Below, in pieces: positions 15,429 to 27,384 of a stretch of 27,818 nucleotides of DNA. Both the position numbers and the translations under genes were made by a program. Within the stretch, counting starts at the first letter, position 1. Every line of letters starts with the position of its first letter. Where the stretch lies: NCBI GenBank assembly GCA_017608955.1, contig JAFCEW010000001.1, positions 1-27,818 on the forward strand. Reading direction: 5' to 3'. The notes beneath the pieces were generated by a model. It had not been told where the DNA came from. It was given only the letters and a program-made list of their open reading frames with translations, and ran no database searches. This DNA is from Candidatus Aenigmatarchaeota archaeon. Its GTDB lineage: Archaea > Aenigmatarchaeota > Aenigmatarchaeia > CG10238-14.

Positions 15429-17217
15429 TATATTCATAGATGGAAAATATATAGCAGCAACAAAAAATCCAGAGAAATTAATAAATATAATAAAAGAAAA
15501 AAGAAGAAGAGGAGAAATACCTAATGAAGTTAATGTTACATATTTAAAACATATAGATGCTTTAAAAATTCTTACTGATAGTGGAAGATTAAGGAGACCT
15601 TTAATAATTGTTGAGGATGGTAAGCCAAAACTTACAAAAGAACATCTTGAAAAAATAAGAAAAAATAAGTTAACATGGACAGATCTAATAAATCAAGGCA
15701 TTATAGAATATCTTGATGCTGAGGAAGAAGAAAATGCCTATATTGCATTAAATGAAAATGATATTACAAAAGAACATACTCATTTAGAAATAGATCCTTT
15801 AGTTATTTTAGGTATATCAACATCATTTGCACCTTTTATTGAATTTAACAGAGGAGATAGAGTAAATTATGGAGCAAAGATGATTGGGCAGGCTATAGGA
15901 ATATATGCTTTAAATTATCTAAAAAGAGTTGATACAAAAACAAATATTATGATTTATCCACAAAATCCTTTGGTTAAAACACATATGTATGATATATTAA
16001 ATTATGAAAATCATCCTAGTGGACAAAACATTACAATAGCTGTTATGTCTTTTGAAGGATATAACATGGAAGATGCAATTATAATTAATAAATCTTCTAT
16101 AGAAAGAGGGCTTTTATGGTCATATTTATTTAGAACATATGAAGCTGAAGAAAAAAGATATATGGGCGGTCAAGAAGATATAATTGGAATACCAGATCCA
16201 GGTGTAAAAGGATATCAGGGAGAGGACGCGTACAAACATTTAGACGAAGATGGTATAGCAAGTCCTGAAACAAAATTAAAATCTGATGAAGTTGTTATAG
16301 GAAAAGTCTCACCTTTAAGATTCCTTGGCTCTTTGGACCAATTTATAACTGGTTTAGAAAATATCAGAGAGACATCTGTAAAAATAAGGCATGGTGAAGA
16401 AGGAATAGTAGATAGAGTTTTCTTAACAGAAGGTCAAGAAGGAAGTAAATTAGTAAAAGTTGTTCTAAGAGATCTCAAAAGACCTGAAATAGGAGATAAA
16501 TTAGCATCAAGACATGGACAAAAAGGTGTTATTGGTCTTATTCTTCCTCAAGAAGAAATGCCATTCTCAGAAAATGGAGTGGTTCCAGATCTTATATTTA
16601 ATCCACATGGAATTCCGTCAAGAATGACAATTGGTCAATTATTAGAAATTCTGACAGGAAAAATAGCTGCATTAGAAGGAAAACAAATAGATGGATCTGG
16701 ATTTCATTCTACTCCAGAAAAAAAATTAAGAGAAATATTAGAAAGTTATGGATTTAGAAATGACGGAAAAGAAACACTATATAATGGCAGAACAGGAGAA
16801 AGATTTGAAAGCCAAATATTTATAGGAAATATATTTTATCAAAAATTAGATCATCTAGTTTCAAACAAATTACATTCAAGATCAAAAGGGCCTGTGACTT
16901 TATTAACAAAGCAACCAACTGAAGGAAAATCAAAAAAAGGAGGATTAAGATTAGGAGAAATGGAAAAGGATTGTTTAATAGCACATGGAGCATCTCTAGT
17001 ATTAAAGGAAAGATTTAGTTCTGATAAAGCCAAGGTTCCTATATGTAAAGATTGTGGTTTAGTTGCTATACATGACAGAATCAAAAATAAAAAATACTGT
17101 CCTATATGTGGTGGCACCAATATAGTTGATGTAGAGATGTCTTATGCATTCAAGCTTTTGCTTGATGAATTAAAATCCATGCTTATATACCCAAAAATAG
17201 TTCCAAAAGAGGATTGA
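15421..17217 (+). CDS. rpoB1: RNA polymerase subunit B' (Rpo2C)
   Basis: DSGRLRRPL, GYNMEDA, GDKLASRHGQKG, PDLIFNPHGIPSRMT, RLGEMEKD, CKDC/CPIC zinc site. Confidence 0.97.
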   Translation: MSDIFIDGKYIAATKNPEKLINIIKEKRRRGEIPNEVNVTYLKHIDALKILTDSGRLRRPLIIVEDGKPKLTKEHLEKIRKNKLTWTDLINQGIIEYLDAEEEENAYIALNENDITKEHTHLEIDPLVILGISTSFAPFIEFNRGDRVNYGAKMIGQAIGIYALNYLKRVDTKTNIMIYPQNPLVKTHMYDILNYENHPSGQNITIAVMSFEGYNMEDAIIINKSSIERGLLWSYLFRTYEAEEKRYMGGQEDIIGIPDPGVKGYQGEDAYKHLDEDGIASPETKLKSDEVVIGKVSPLRFLGSLDQFITGLENIRETSVKIRHGEEGIVDRVFLTEGQEGSKLVKVVLRDLKRPEIGDKLASRHGQKGVIGLILPQEEMPFSENGVVPDLIFNPHGIPSRMTIGQLLEILTGKIAALEGKQIDGSGFHSTPEKKLREILESYGFRNDGKETLYNGRTGERFESQIFIGNIFYQKLDHLVSNKLHSRSKGPVTLLTKQPTEGKSKKGGLRLGEMEKDCLIAHGASLVLKERFSSDKAKVPICKDCGLVAIHDRIKNKKYCPICGGTNIVDVEMSYAFKLLLDELKSMLIYPKIVPKED

Positions 17218-17218
17218 A

Positions 17219-19741
17219 ATGATAGATAAATTAGTATTTACTGTACTGAACCCAGAAACAATAAGAAAAATGTCAGTTGCAAAAATAACAAAAACTGATT
17301 TATATGACCAAGAAGGGTATCCAATAGAAGGAGGATTAATGGACCCAAGATTGGGTGTTATAGATCCTGGTTTAAGATGCAGAACTTGTGGAGGTACTGT
17401 TGGGGAATGTGAAGGGCATTTCGGTCATTTAGAACTTACAAGACCAGTTATTCATGTTCACTATGCAAAACTAATTCATAATATATTAAAAGTAACTTGT
17501 AGAAAATGTGGAAAAGTTCTTTTAGACGAAAAAACTAAGGAAAAATTCCTAAAAGGCAAAAAATCATTCAAAAAATTAAAATCATTAGTCAAAACTAAAT
17601 GTCCTTATTGTGGTGAAGAACAAAACAAAATGAAGTTCATAAAACCAACAACAATTGTTGAAGGTTCAACAATCCTAAGTGCTTTGGAAGTAAGAGAAAG
17701 ATTGGAAAGAATTCCAAACGAAGATTTAATATATCTTGGATTAAAGAATGTAAGACCAGAATGGTTTGTTATTACTTTATTACCAATACCACCAGTAACT
17801 GTAAGACCTTCTATTACTTTAGAGACTGGTGAAAGATCAGAAGATGATTTAACACACAAGCTTGTTGATATAGTTAGAATAAACAAAAGACTTAGAGAAA
17901 ATATAGATCTTGGTGCACCAGACTTTATAATAGAAGACTTATGGGAGCTAGTTCAATATCATGTAGCTACTTATATGAATAATGAAATAACTGGAGTTCC
18001 ACCAGCAAGACATAGATCTGGAAGAATTTTGAAAACTCTGACACAAAGATTAAAGACAAAAGAAGGAAGATTTAGGCATAATCTTATTGGAAAAAGAGTA
18101 AATTATTCTGCAAGAACAGTTATAAGTCCTGATCCAATGCTAGATATTGATGAAGTTGGAGTTCCACTAGTAATAGCAAAAGAATTAACATTACCAATAG
18201 TTGTGAATGAAAAAAATATAAAGCATCTAAAAGATCTTATAAGACAGTATCCAGAATGGCCAACTATAAATTATGTAATAAAACCAGATGGTAGAAAAAA
18301 GAAAGTTATAGAATTGAATAAAAATGAAATAGCAGATGAATTAGATATTGGATATACAGTTGAAAAACAGTTGGAAGATGGAGATTGGGCATTATTTAAT
18401 AGACAGCCTTCTTTACACAGAATGAGTATAATGGGTCATAGAATAAAAGTTATGCCATATAAAACATTTAGAATGAATTTAACAACTTGTCCTGCATATA
18501 ATGCTGATTTTGACGGAGATGAAATGAATTTGCATATTCCTCAGACACAAGAAGCACAAACAGAAATAAAATTATTAATGAGAGTTCCGTTAAATATAAG
18601 AAGTCCAAGATTTTCTGGTCCTATTATAGGATGTGATAAAGATCATATAACAGGACTGTATTTGTTAACTCATGAAAATAAAGAGTTCTCAAGAAAAGAT
18701 GCAGTAAACATAATAAGAAATTGTGATGATAAAATAGAAATTCCAGATAAAAAAACATTCACAGGAAAAGAAATATTTAGTATATTTTTACCAAAAGACT
18801 TTAGTATAGAATATAAGGCTAAATGTTGTAAAGGATGTAAAAAATGTCTAAAAGAAAAATGTCCTTATGATGCTTATGTTAAAATAAAAAATGGAAAATT
18901 GCTTACAGGAACAATAGATAAAAATGGAATGGCAGTTTTCTCTGGTAAAATTTTAGATGAGATCGATAAACAATATGGGCATGATTTTACTAAAGAATTT
19001 TTATTTAAAATTACAAAACTTTCATTTAATATTTTAACAAGATATGGATTTTCTGTTGCAATTTCAGATACAGATCTTGATCAAAAAGTAATTGACAAGA
19101 CACATAAAATTATAGATGAAACAAAACAAAATGTAAATAATCTGATAAAAGACTATAAAAAAGGAAAAGTACAAACACTTGTTGGAAGAACACCAAGACA
19201 AAGCCTAGAAGTTCATATTCGTAAAGAACTTGCAGATTCATTGAATAAACTCGCAGAAGAAGTCGAGAGAAATTTACCATATAATAGTACATATATAATG
19301 GCGACAAGTGGTGCAAGAGGGAGTTTAGTTAATCTAGTTCAATGTGCAGCATGTATTGGTCAGGAAACAATAAAAGGACAAAGAATAAAAATAGGATATT
19401 ACAAAAGAACATTTCCTCACTTTAAACAAGGAGATATAAATTTAGAATCAAAAGGATTTGTGAAAAATGGCTATAAACAAGGGTTGAATCCGTTTGAATT
19501 TTTCTTTGATGCAATGAACAGTAGAGAAGGTTTAATGGATAAGTCATTAAAAACAAGACACTCCGGATATTTGGAGAGAAGATTAATAGGTGCTCTCCAA
19601 GATTTGAAAATTGAATATGATGGAACAGTAAGAGATAGCGCAAAGAAAATAATACAATTTGTTCCTGGTGAAGATGGATTGGATCCATCAAAAATACAAA
19701 AAGGTGGAATAGATGTCGGAAAAATCGCAGATAGATTATGA
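17219..19741 (+). CDS. rpoA1: RNA polymerase subunit A' (Rpo1N)
   Basis: Catalytic [60 protein letters not shown]. Confidence 0.98.
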   Translation: MIDKLVFTVLNPETIRKMSVAKITKTDLYDQEGYPIEGGLMDPRLGVIDPGLRCRTCGGTVGECEGHFGHLELTRPVIHVHYAKLIHNILKVTCRKCGKVLLDEKTKEKFLKGKKSFKKLKSLVKTKCPYCGEEQNKMKFIKPTTIVEGSTILSALEVRERLERIPNEDLIYLGLKNVRPEWFVITLLPIPPVTVRPSITLETGERSEDDLTHKLVDIVRINKRLRENIDLGAPDFIIEDLWELVQYHVATYMNNEITGVPPARHRSGRILKTLTQRLKTKEGRFRHNLIGKRVNYSARTVISPDPMLDIDEVGVPLVIAKELTLPIVVNEKNIKHLKDLIRQYPEWPTINYVIKPDGRKKKVIELNKNEIADELDIGYTVEKQLEDGDWALFNRQPSLHRMSIMGHRIKVMPYKTFRMNLTTCPAYNADFDGDEMNLHIPQTQEAQTEIKLLMRVPLNIRSPRFSGPIIGCDKDHITGLYLLTHENKEFSRKDAVNIIRNCDDKIEIPDKKTFTGKEIFSIFLPKDFSIEYKAKCCKGCKKCLKEKCPYDAYVKIKNGKLLTGTIDKNGMAVFSGKILDEIDKQYGHDFTKEFLFKITKLSFNILTRYGFSVAISDTDLDQKVIDKTHKIIDETKQNVNNLIKDYKKGKVQTLVGRTPRQSLEVHIRKELADSLNKLAEEVERNLPYNSTYIMATSGARGSLVNLVQCAACIGQETIKGQRIKIGYYKRTFPHFKQGDINLESKGFVKNGYKQGLNPFEFFFDAMNSREGLMDKSLKTRHSGYLERRLIGALQDLKIEYDGTVRDSAKKIIQFVPGEDGLDPSKIQKGGIDVGKIADRL

Positions 19742-20834
19742 ATTACCAAAAAAAATATTAGAAGAAATTAATAATATTGCTAAAACTAAAAAACTTTCTG
19801 CTACTCAAAAAAACAAATTAAAAGAAAGAATAATAAAAGAATATGAAAAAAATTCTTTTGAACCAGGAGAAGCTCTTGGTATAATAGCAGCACAATCAAT
19901 ATCAGAGCCAGCAACACAAATGACAATGAGAACATATCATTTTGTAGGTACAGCAGGAATTCAAGTAACTTTAGGTTTACCACGTTTGATAGAGATATTT
20001 GATGCTAAAAAAGAACCTTCTCGTGTTGTTATGACTTTATATTTAAATAAAAAATTCAATACAAAAGAAAAATCTGAAAAAGTTGCACAGAAAATAACTG
20101 AAAAAAAATTAAGAAATTATATAGAAACAATTTCTTTAGATTTGACAGCAAAAAAAATAAAAGTAAAATTAAAAAAATTGAAAAAATCTGAAATAAAAGA
20201 TATAATAGAAATTGTAAAGAAAAAATTCAAAAATTATAAAATAAAATATTTAAAAGATACAATATCTGTTTCTCTTAAAAAGGATTCTTCGATAAAAGAT
20301 TTACAAAAATTAAAAAAGAAATTACTTGAGGTTCATATTGCAGGAATACCTACTGTTAAAAATGTGATTGTAATAAAGCAAAATAATGATTGGTTAATAA
20401 AAGCATCTGGTTTTAATTTCAAAGAGATACTAAAATTTGATGAAATCGATAAAACAAGAAGTTATACAAATAATATTTATGAAGTAATGGGTGTTTTGGG
20501 TATAGAAGCAGCAAGAAATGTTATAATAAAAGAAATAAAAGATACTTTAGAGCAACAGGGATTAGATATAGACGATAGATATATAAAGTTAGTTACAGAT
20601 ATGATGACATTCACAGGTGAAATAAAACCTATTGGTAGATATGGTGTGGCAGGAATGAAATCGTCAGTCTTAGTAAGAGCAGGATTTGAAGAGACTGTAA
20701 AGCATTTAGTCAAAGCTTCAGTTACAAATGAAGTAGATGATTTTAGTTCATTATTTGATAATGTAATGGTAAATCAACAAATACCAGCTGGCACTGGAAT
20801 GTTTGAATTAATAGCAAAGATGAATGAGAAATGA
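19713..20834 (+). CDS. rpoA2: RNA polymerase subunit A'' (Rpo1C)
   Basis: [46 protein letters not shown]. Confidence 0.97.
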   Translation: MSEKSQIDYELPKKILEEINNIAKTKKLSATQKNKLKERIIKEYEKNSFEPGEALGIIAAQSISEPATQMTMRTYHFVGTAGIQVTLGLPRLIEIFDAKKEPSRVVMTLYLNKKFNTKEKSEKVAQKITEKKLRNYIETISLDLTAKKIKVKLKKLKKSEIKDIIEIVKKKFKNYKIKYLKDTISVSLKKDSSIKDLQKLKKKLLEVHIAGIPTVKNVIVIKQNNDWLIKASGFNFKEILKFDEIDKTRSYTNNIYEVMGVLGIEAARNVIIKEIKDTLEQQGLDIDDRYIKLVTDMMTFTGEIKPIGRYGVAGMKSSVLVRAGFEETVKHLVKASVTNEVDDFSSLFDNVMVNQQIPAGTGMFELIAKMNEK

Positions 20835-21103
20835 CAGATTTAGTAAAATTAATAAAAAATGCTGTTAAAGAAAAGAGAATTATAGTAGGATATAATCAAG
20901 TTTTAAAACAAATAAAAACAGGTAAATTAGAATTAGTTGTATATGCTAACAATTTACCAGAAGATAGAGTTAAGGAGATAGAACATAATTCTAAAATAGG
21001 AAATATAAATATCAAAAAATTCTCAAAAGATAGTGTGGAATTAGGGCTTATATGTAGTCTTCCATTCAAAGTAGGTATAATAGGAATAAAAAGTGAAAGC
21101 TAA
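20831..21103 (+). CDS. rpl30e: 50S ribosomal protein L30e
   Basis: GYNQVLK, VVYANN, ELGLIC..PF; conserved position after rpoA''. Confidence 0.9.
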   Translation: MTDLVKLIKNAVKEKRIIVGYNQVLKQIKTGKLELVVYANNLPEDRVKEIEHNSKIGNINIKKFSKDSVELGLICSLPFKVGIIGIKSES

Positions 21104-21516
21104 TGACAAGAGATTTTACAACAGAAACAATGAGATTACTCACTTTGTTTGAAAATATAACAAATGTTCCTGTAAGAGATTGTTTTTTAGATAACGGTGT
21201 AGTTTATTATATAGTAGAAGAAAATAAGGCTAGATTAGCAATAGGAAAAGATGGCGTTTCAATAAAAAATGCTGAAAGAATAATAGGAAAAAAAATAAAA
21301 ATTTATGAATATTCGCCTGATCTTGAAAAATTTGTCAAAAATCTTATCCCGCAAACTAAAGAAATCAAAATCATTAAAAATGATGAAAATATAGTTCAAA
21401 TTAAAGTAAGTAAAAACGATAAAGGATTTGTAATTGGTAGAGGAGGGGAAAAGATTAAAATATATAAAGAGATATTGAAAAGAATACATAATGTTGTAGA
21501 TTTGCAGGTGAAATAA
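21103..21516 (+). CDS. nusA: Archaeal NusA (two KH domains)
   Basis: [22 protein letters not shown]; synteny. Confidence 0.93.
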   Translation: MTRDFTTETMRLLTLFENITNVPVRDCFLDNGVVYYIVEENKARLAIGKDGVSIKNAERIIGKKIKIYEYSPDLEKFVKNLIPQTKEIKIIKNDENIVQIKVSKNDKGFVIGRGGEKIKIYKEILKRIHNVVDLQVK

Positions 21517-21944
21517 TGGCAAGAGGAGAATTTTCAGCAAGAAAATTGAAACAAAAGAGAAAAAAATCAAGATGGAAAGATAAAGCTTATATGAGAAGAA
21601 AATTAGCTCTTTATAAAAAAGATCCATTAAGAGGATCACCACAAGCAAGAGGAATAGTTATTGATAAGAGGATATGTGAACAAAAACAACCTCATTCTGG
21701 TCTTATAAAAACTGTTAGGGTTCAATTAATTAAAAATAATATTCAAGTTACAGCATTTGTTCCTGGAAATAAAGCTATAGATCATATTTCTGAGCATGAC
21801 GAAGTTCTTATAGAAAAAGTTGGTGGGTCACAAGGAGGTCCTGTTGGTAGTCAATGGGGGCTTAAGTATAAAGTCGTCAAAGTAAACGGAGTTGCTCTCT
21901 CTGAAATATTAAAAGGTAAGAAACAAAAACCAATGAGAGGATAA
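21516..21944 (+). CDS. rps12: 30S ribosomal protein S12 (uS12), divergent
   Basis: [47 protein letters not shown]; synteny. Confidence 0.96.
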   Translation: MARGEFSARKLKQKRKKSRWKDKAYMRRKLALYKKDPLRGSPQARGIVIDKRICEQKQPHSGLIKTVRVQLIKNNIQVTAFVPGNKAIDHISEHDEVLIEKVGGSQGGPVGSQWGLKYKVVKVNGVALSEILKGKKQKPMRG

Positions 21945-21945
21945 A

Positions 21946-22548
21946 ATGGTAGAAATAAAACTTTTTAACAGATGGAGTTTTAAAGATATAGAAATTAAAG
22001 ATCCTGGTATTAAGCCATATATAAATCTAGATCCTATTGTCATTCCTAAAACATTTGGAAGAAATACACAGCAAAAATTTCATAAATCAAAGATGAATAT
22101 TGTTGAAAGATTTGCAAATAAAATAATGGTTCCTGGTCATAGAGGTAAAAAACATCTTATAAGTTCTGCTGATAATGTAGGAAAAACACAGACTGTTTTA
22201 AATATTATTAAAAATGTCTTTGAAAAACTAGAAAAGAAAACAAATAAAAATCCTATTGAAGTTTTGGTAAAAGCAATAGAAAACGCAGCATTAAGAGAAG
22301 AAATAGCCTCATATCAAATGGGAGGTATAATGGTAAGAAAGGCTGTTATAACCAGTCCACAGAGAAGAATTGATTTTGCATTATCAATTATAACACAATC
22401 TGCTTATAGAAAATCCTTTGGAAAGAAAATAACCATTGCTGATGCATTGGCTGATGAGATATATAATGCTTACAAAAATGATGCATCAAAATCAGAAGCA
22501 ATAAGAGAAAAAGAGAGAATTGAAAGAGAAGCTAGTGGTGCAAGATAA
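21946..22548 (+). CDS. rps7: 30S ribosomal protein S7 (uS7)
   Basis: LFNRW, NIVERF, NPIEVLVKAIENAALREE, SPQRRID, LADEI, EREASGAR. Confidence 0.97.
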   Translation: MVEIKLFNRWSFKDIEIKDPGIKPYINLDPIVIPKTFGRNTQQKFHKSKMNIVERFANKIMVPGHRGKKHLISSADNVGKTQTVLNIIKNVFEKLEKKTNKNPIEVLVKAIENAALREEIASYQMGGIMVRKAVITSPQRRIDFALSIITQSAYRKSFGKKITIADALADEIYNAYKNDASKSEAIREKERIEREASGAR

Positions 22549-22614
22549 TTTTTTATAAACTTTAAATGTCTTATATACAAAAAATTAAACTATTGTTTGT
22601 TGGAGGCATGAAAA

Positions 22615-24798
22615 ATGGTAGATATGGCATCAAAAATTAAAGAATTAATGCACAAACCAGAGCAAATTAGAAATATAGGAACTGTTGCTCATATAGATCA
22701 CGGAAAAACTACATTTTCTGACAATTTGTTAGCTGGAGCAGGCATGATGTCTGAAGAATTAGCAGGAAAACAATTATTTATGGATTTTGACAAACAAGAA
22801 CAAGAAAGAGGAATCACAATATGGTCTGCAAACGCAAGTATGATTCATGATTATGAAGGAAAAGATTATCTTATTAACCTAATCGACACACCAGGGCATG
22901 TAGATTTTGGTGGTGATGTTACAAGAGCAATGAGAGCAGTAGACGGAGTTATAGTTATAGCATGTGCTGTTGAAGGTGTAATGCCTCAAACAGAGACTGT
23001 TTTAAGGCAATGTTTAAAAGAAAGAGCAAAACCAATTTTGTTTATAAACAAAGTAGACAGGCTTATAAGAGAATTAAAACTCAATCCTGAAGCTATGCAG
23101 GCAAGATTTCAAAAAATAATAACCGAAGTTAATATTTTAATTCAAAAATATGCTGAAGAGGAATATAAAGACAAATGGATGGTAAATGTATCAGATGGTT
23201 CTGTAACGTTTGGTTCAGCGTATAGAAATTGGGCAATTTCTGTTCCATTTATGAAAAAAACAGGAATAACATTCAAAGATATAATAGATCTAACAAATGA
23301 AGATAAAGATAAAGAATTGGCTAAAAAGGCTCCATTGTATAAAATAATGCTAGATATGATTATTAAACATCTACCATCTCCTGATATTGCTCAAAAATAT
23401 AGAATCCCAAAAATATGGCATGGTGATCTTGATTCTGAAATAGGGAAAAGCATGCAAAACGTAGATTCAAATGGTCATTTAGCAGCAGTTATTACAAAAA
23501 TGGTACCAGATCCACATGCTGGATTTGTTTCAACAGCAAGAATATTTTCTGGAAAAATATCAAAAGGTCAAGTCGTTCATTTAATAGGGCAACATAAAAA
23601 TCAGAGAGTGCAACAAGTATCTGTTTATGAAGGGCCCAGAAGAATACAAGTAGATGAAGTAATGGCTGGAAATATAGTAGGTATAGTAGGTTTGTCTGAT
23701 GCATTTTCTGGCGAAACTATATGTGAAACAGATTATATAATTGAACCATTTGAACAGATTAAACATATTTTTGAGCCTGTAGTTACAAAAGCAATAGAGC
23801 CAAAAGATCCTAGAGATTTAACAAAATTAATTAATTTCTTAAGAAAAGTTGGAAGAGAAGATACAACAATATCTGTTAAAATTAATGAAGAAACAGGAGA
23901 ATATTTGGTTTCTGGTCTTGGTGAATTGCATTTAGACACTAAAATTGAAAGGAAGCTCAAAGAAATGGAAATACCAATAGAAGCTTCACCACCTATAGTT
24001 GTTTATAGAGAAACAATTGCTAAAAGATCAGGTCAAATAGAAGGTAAATCTCCTAATAAACATAATAAATTTTATTTTATAGTTGAACCTTTAGATGAGA
24101 AAATACTGGAGGCAATGAAAAATAATGAAATTCCATCTGAAGCAGATTTTAAGAAAAAACAACTAGAACTCCAGAAAAAATTATTGGATCTTGGTATGAG
24201 TAATGATGATGTCAAATCTATACAATTAATATATAATAAAAATATTCTTATGGATAAAACAAAAGGAATTCAATATCTTAATGAGACAATGGAAATGATA
24301 AAAGATGCGTTCAAAGGAGTTATGGACGAAGGACCTTTAGCAAGAGAATCATGCATAGGTATAAAAGCAATTTTAGTTGATGCTGAATTACATGAAGATG
24401 CAATACATAGAGGTCCTGGGCAAGTTTTACCAGCTATAAGATATGCTATAAGTGTTGGTATGCTTAATGCTGATCCTGTCATATTAGAACCTAAACAAAT
24501 TATCAGAATAGACGTTCCTTCTGAGATAATGGGTGGAGCAATAAAAGAAATTCAGAACAGAAGAGGTCAGGTTTTAGATATGAGTGAAGAAAGAGGAACA
24601 ACAATTATAAGGGCAAAAATACCTGTTTCAGAGATGTTTGGATTTAATTCAACTCTTAAATCTGCTACAGAAGGAAAAGGTTTTTATAGTTTAATAGATG
24701 TTATATTTGAGAGATTGCCAAAGGATTTGCAAAATAAAACAATTATAAAAATTAGAAAAAGAAAAGGATTAAGTGAGCAAATTCCGAAAATTGAATAA
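22615..24798 (+). CDS. fusA: Translation elongation factor aEF-2
   Basis: AHIDHGKTT, RGITI, DTPGHVDF, NKVD, GLGELHL, diphthamide-site HEDAIHRG; GGAGG RBS. Confidence 0.98.
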   Translation: MVDMASKIKELMHKPEQIRNIGTVAHIDHGKTTFSDNLLAGAGMMSEELAGKQLFMDFDKQEQERGITIWSANASMIHDYEGKDYLINLIDTPGHVDFGGDVTRAMRAVDGVIVIACAVEGVMPQTETVLRQCLKERAKPILFINKVDRLIRELKLNPEAMQARFQKIITEVNILIQKYAEEEYKDKWMVNVSDGSVTFGSAYRNWAISVPFMKKTGITFKDIIDLTNEDKDKELAKKAPLYKIMLDMIIKHLPSPDIAQKYRIPKIWHGDLDSEIGKSMQNVDSNGHLAAVITKMVPDPHAGFVSTARIFSGKISKGQVVHLIGQHKNQRVQQVSVYEGPRRIQVDEVMAGNIVGIVGLSDAFSGETICETDYIIEPFEQIKHIFEPVVTKAIEPKDPRDLTKLINFLRKVGREDTTISVKINEETGEYLVSGLGELHLDTKIERKLKEMEIPIEASPPIVVYRETIAKRSGQIEGKSPNKHNKFYFIVEPLDEKILEAMKNNEIPSEADFKKKQLELQKKLLDLGMSNDDVKSIQLIYNKNILMDKTKGIQYLNETMEMIKDAFKGVMDEGPLARESCIGIKAILVDAELHEDAIHRGPGQVLPAIRYAISVGMLNADPVILEPKQIIRIDVPSEIMGGAIKEIQNRRGQVLDMSEERGTTIIRAKIPVSEMFGFNSTLKSATEGKGFYSLIDVIFERLPKDLQNKTIIKIRKRKGLSEQIPKIE

Positions 24799-24853
24799 AT
24801 TTAATAAATATATTTAAAATGTTTAATAATATTATAAATATGGAGGTGTAGGA

Positions 24854-26131
24854 ATGGCTGAATTGCCAAAAATAAACATAATTACAGCCGGACATGTAGA
24901 TGCTGGAAAATCTACTTTAATTGGTAGATTACTATATGATTCAGGAGCAATCAGAGAAGATCAATTAAGAAAAATGAAAGATCTAGCAAAAGAACTAAAA
25001 AAAGAAACATTTGAATTTGCATTTGTGATGGACAAATTAAAGGAAGAAAGAGAAAGAGGTCTTACTATAGATATTATGCACAGGCCTTTCCAGACAAAAA
25101 AATATTTTTACACAATTATAGATTGCCCAGGACACAGGGATTTTGTTAAAAATATGATTACTGGTGCATCGCAAGCAGATGCATCAATTTTAGTAATTTC
25201 GGCAAAACCAGGAGAAGGAGTGCAAGAACAAACAAAAGAACATGCTTTCTTAATGAAAGTTCTAGGTGTTAATCAAGTAATTGTAGCAATAAATAAAATG
25301 GATGCAGCAAACTATGATGAAAAAAGATATAATGAAGTATCAGAAGATGCAAAGAAATTGTTACAGTCAATTGGATTTAAAGTAGATGAAATACCATTTG
25401 TACCAGTTTCTGCAATGCAAGGAGATAATGTATTCAAAAAATCAGATAAAATGCCTTTGTATAAAGGAAAAACATTAATAGAAACTATGGATGAAATAAT
25501 AAAACCACCTGAACAACCAACTGATAAACCATTAAGAATTCCAATCGAAGATGCATATGCTATTACAGGTGTAGGTACAGTTCCTGTAGGTAGAGTTGAA
25601 ACTGGAGTTCTAAAAGTCGGAGATAAAGTAATATTTGAACCATCGGGTGCAACAGGAGAAGTAAAATCAATTGAAATGTTTCATAAACAACAACCAGATG
25701 CAAAACCAGGAGATAATATTGGATTCAATGTAAGAGGTGTTAGTAAGAAAGATATAAAAAGAGGAGATGTTTGTGGTCATGTAAACAATCCTCCAACAGT
25801 TGCAAAAGAATTTACAGCACAAATAGTTGTATTACAACACCCAACTGTTATGACAGCAGGATATACTCCGGTATTCCATTGTGGTACAGCATCAATTGCA
25901 TGTAAAATAGAGGAAATTATAGCAAAAATAGATCCAAAAACAGGACAACCAATAAAAGAACACCCTGATTTCTTAAAGACAGGAGATGCAGCAAGAGTAA
26001 GAATAGTTCCAACAAAGCCAATGGTAGTTGAAAAACAATCAGATATACCACAATTAGCAAGATTTGCTATAAGAGATATGGGACAAACTGTAGCCGCTGG
26101 AATTGTGTTAGATATAGTAAAAGCTAAGTAG
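24854..26131 (+). CDS. tuf: Translation elongation factor aEF-1alpha
   Basis: [51 protein letters not shown]; GGAGGTG RBS. Confidence 0.98.
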   Translation: MAELPKINIITAGHVDAGKSTLIGRLLYDSGAIREDQLRKMKDLAKELKKETFEFAFVMDKLKEERERGLTIDIMHRPFQTKKYFYTIIDCPGHRDFVKNMITGASQADASILVISAKPGEGVQEQTKEHAFLMKVLGVNQVIVAINKMDAANYDEKRYNEVSEDAKKLLQSIGFKVDEIPFVPVSAMQGDNVFKKSDKMPLYKGKTLIETMDEIIKPPEQPTDKPLRIPIEDAYAITGVGTVPVGRVETGVLKVGDKVIFEPSGATGEVKSIEMFHKQQPDAKPGDNIGFNVRGVSKKDIKRGDVCGHVNNPPTVAKEFTAQIVVLQHPTVMTAGYTPVFHCGTASIACKIEEIIAKIDPKTGQPIKEHPDFLKTGDAARVRIVPTKPMVVEKQSDIPQLARFAIRDMGQTVAAGIVLDIVKAK

Positions 26132-26235
26132 TTGAAAAACAATCAGATATACCACAATTAGCAAGATTTGCTATAAGAGATATGGGACAAACTGTAGCCG
26201 CTGGAATTGTGTTAGATATAGTAAAAGCTAAGTAG
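26024..26235 (+). repeat. Perfect tandem direct repeat, 104-bp period, of the 3' end of tuf
   Basis: 26028-26131 is repeated exactly as 26132-26235; 4-bp GTAG microhomology at 26024-26027, 26128-26131 and 26232-26235. Confidence 0.97.
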
Positions 26236-26257
26236 CCTTTTTATTTTTTTATTTTAT
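26236..26257 (+). terminator. T-rich archaeal-type terminator after the second repeat copy
   Basis: CCTTTTTATTTTTTTATTTT directly after the duplicated stop codon. Confidence 0.55.
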
Positions 26258-26338
26258 AGAATTTTTGATATTGCTTAGAATAATACTTAGAATAATAAAT
26301 TGACAAATTTTATAATCTGAAAACTATAATTAGATTTT

Positions 26339-27340
26339 ATGTATTTGATAATTAGTTTAATAGTTTGTGTATTAACTTCTTTTCTATTTACTTTATTAGC
26401 TAAAAAATTACGAATATCAGTTGTAATTGGGTTAATTTTTGCAGGACTTATAATAGGATCTCCTTTTTTTAAAGATATTGTTTTAGAACCTAATACATCA
26501 TTTATTTTGAGTTTAGGTAATATAGGTATAATATTTTTAATGTTTTTTGCAGGAATGGAAACTTCTTGGAGTATGTTATGTAAAGAGAAATTAGATTCTA
26601 TATTTGTTGCTTTTTTTGCAGCAATAACACCATTTCTATTGGGATTTATTATTTTCTATACTTTAGGTTTTTCTTTACTCACTTCTGTAACTATTGCAGT
26701 ATGTATGAGTATAACAGCTGAAGCTACTACAGCTAGAGTATTGCTAGAATTAAAAAAACTAAAAACAAAAATGGGCTCTCTAATGATGGGTGCAGGGATT
26801 ATTGATGATTTAATAGGAATATTTTTATTTGCTATTATTTCTTATTTTTTCACAAGAAGCTTATCTATAAAAGAACCTCTTTTATTAATATCCACTATAA
26901 TTGCATTTTTTTCTGGTCTTTTTATACATAAATATCTAGGAAGAAAAACTCACAAAATAATTTATTTGGAAAAAATTTTACTGATTTTTATTGTTCCATT
27001 CTTTTTCATTTCTATGGGAATTTATTTTAATTTACATTCATTAGCTCTAAATCCCCTTTTATTAATAGGAATAGTTTTAATAGCAATAACAGGAAAAATA
27101 GGTGGTACTTTTCTAACCAAGCCATTTACAAAATTACGTTTGAAACAACTTTATTTAATTGGATGGGCCATGAATTCAAGAGGCGCAATAGAATTGCCAA
27201 TAGCTTTTGTTGCATTTAAAATTGGAATGTTAAATACTGATATCTATTCTAGCCTTATTGTCATGGCTCTGGTAACTACATTGATATTTCCATTTTTTGT
27301 AAGGAGAATAGTAAGAAAGAGTCCGAATATAATGAAATAA
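26339..27340 (+). CDS. Cation:proton antiporter (CPA family), short
   Basis: Highly hydrophobic; IGIIFLMFFAGMET, SITAEATTARVL, GAGIIDDLIG, PFFFISMG, GKIGG, MNSRG. Confidence 0.9.
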   Translation: MYLIISLIVCVLTSFLFTLLAKKLRISVVIGLIFAGLIIGSPFFKDIVLEPNTSFILSLGNIGIIFLMFFAGMETSWSMLCKEKLDSIFVAFFAAITPFLLGFIIFYTLGFSLLTSVTIAVCMSITAEATTARVLLELKKLKTKMGSLMMGAGIIDDLIGIFLFAIISYFFTRSLSIKEPLLLISTIIAFFSGLFIHKYLGRKTHKIIYLEKILLIFIVPFFFISMGIYFNLHSLALNPLLLIGIVLIAITGKIGGTFLTKPFTKLRLKQLYLIGWAMNSRGAIELPIAFVAFKIGMLNTDIYSSLIVMALVTTLIFPFFVRRIVRKSPNIMK

Positions 27341-27384
27341 AAATTTAAATTATGACAATAAATTGATAAATTATCAAACAAGAG

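Noticed and set aside
26024-26235. tuf repeat as a CRISPR array or a protein extension
   Set aside because: Two adjacent copies with no spacer; the 104-bp period is out of frame and follows the stop codon
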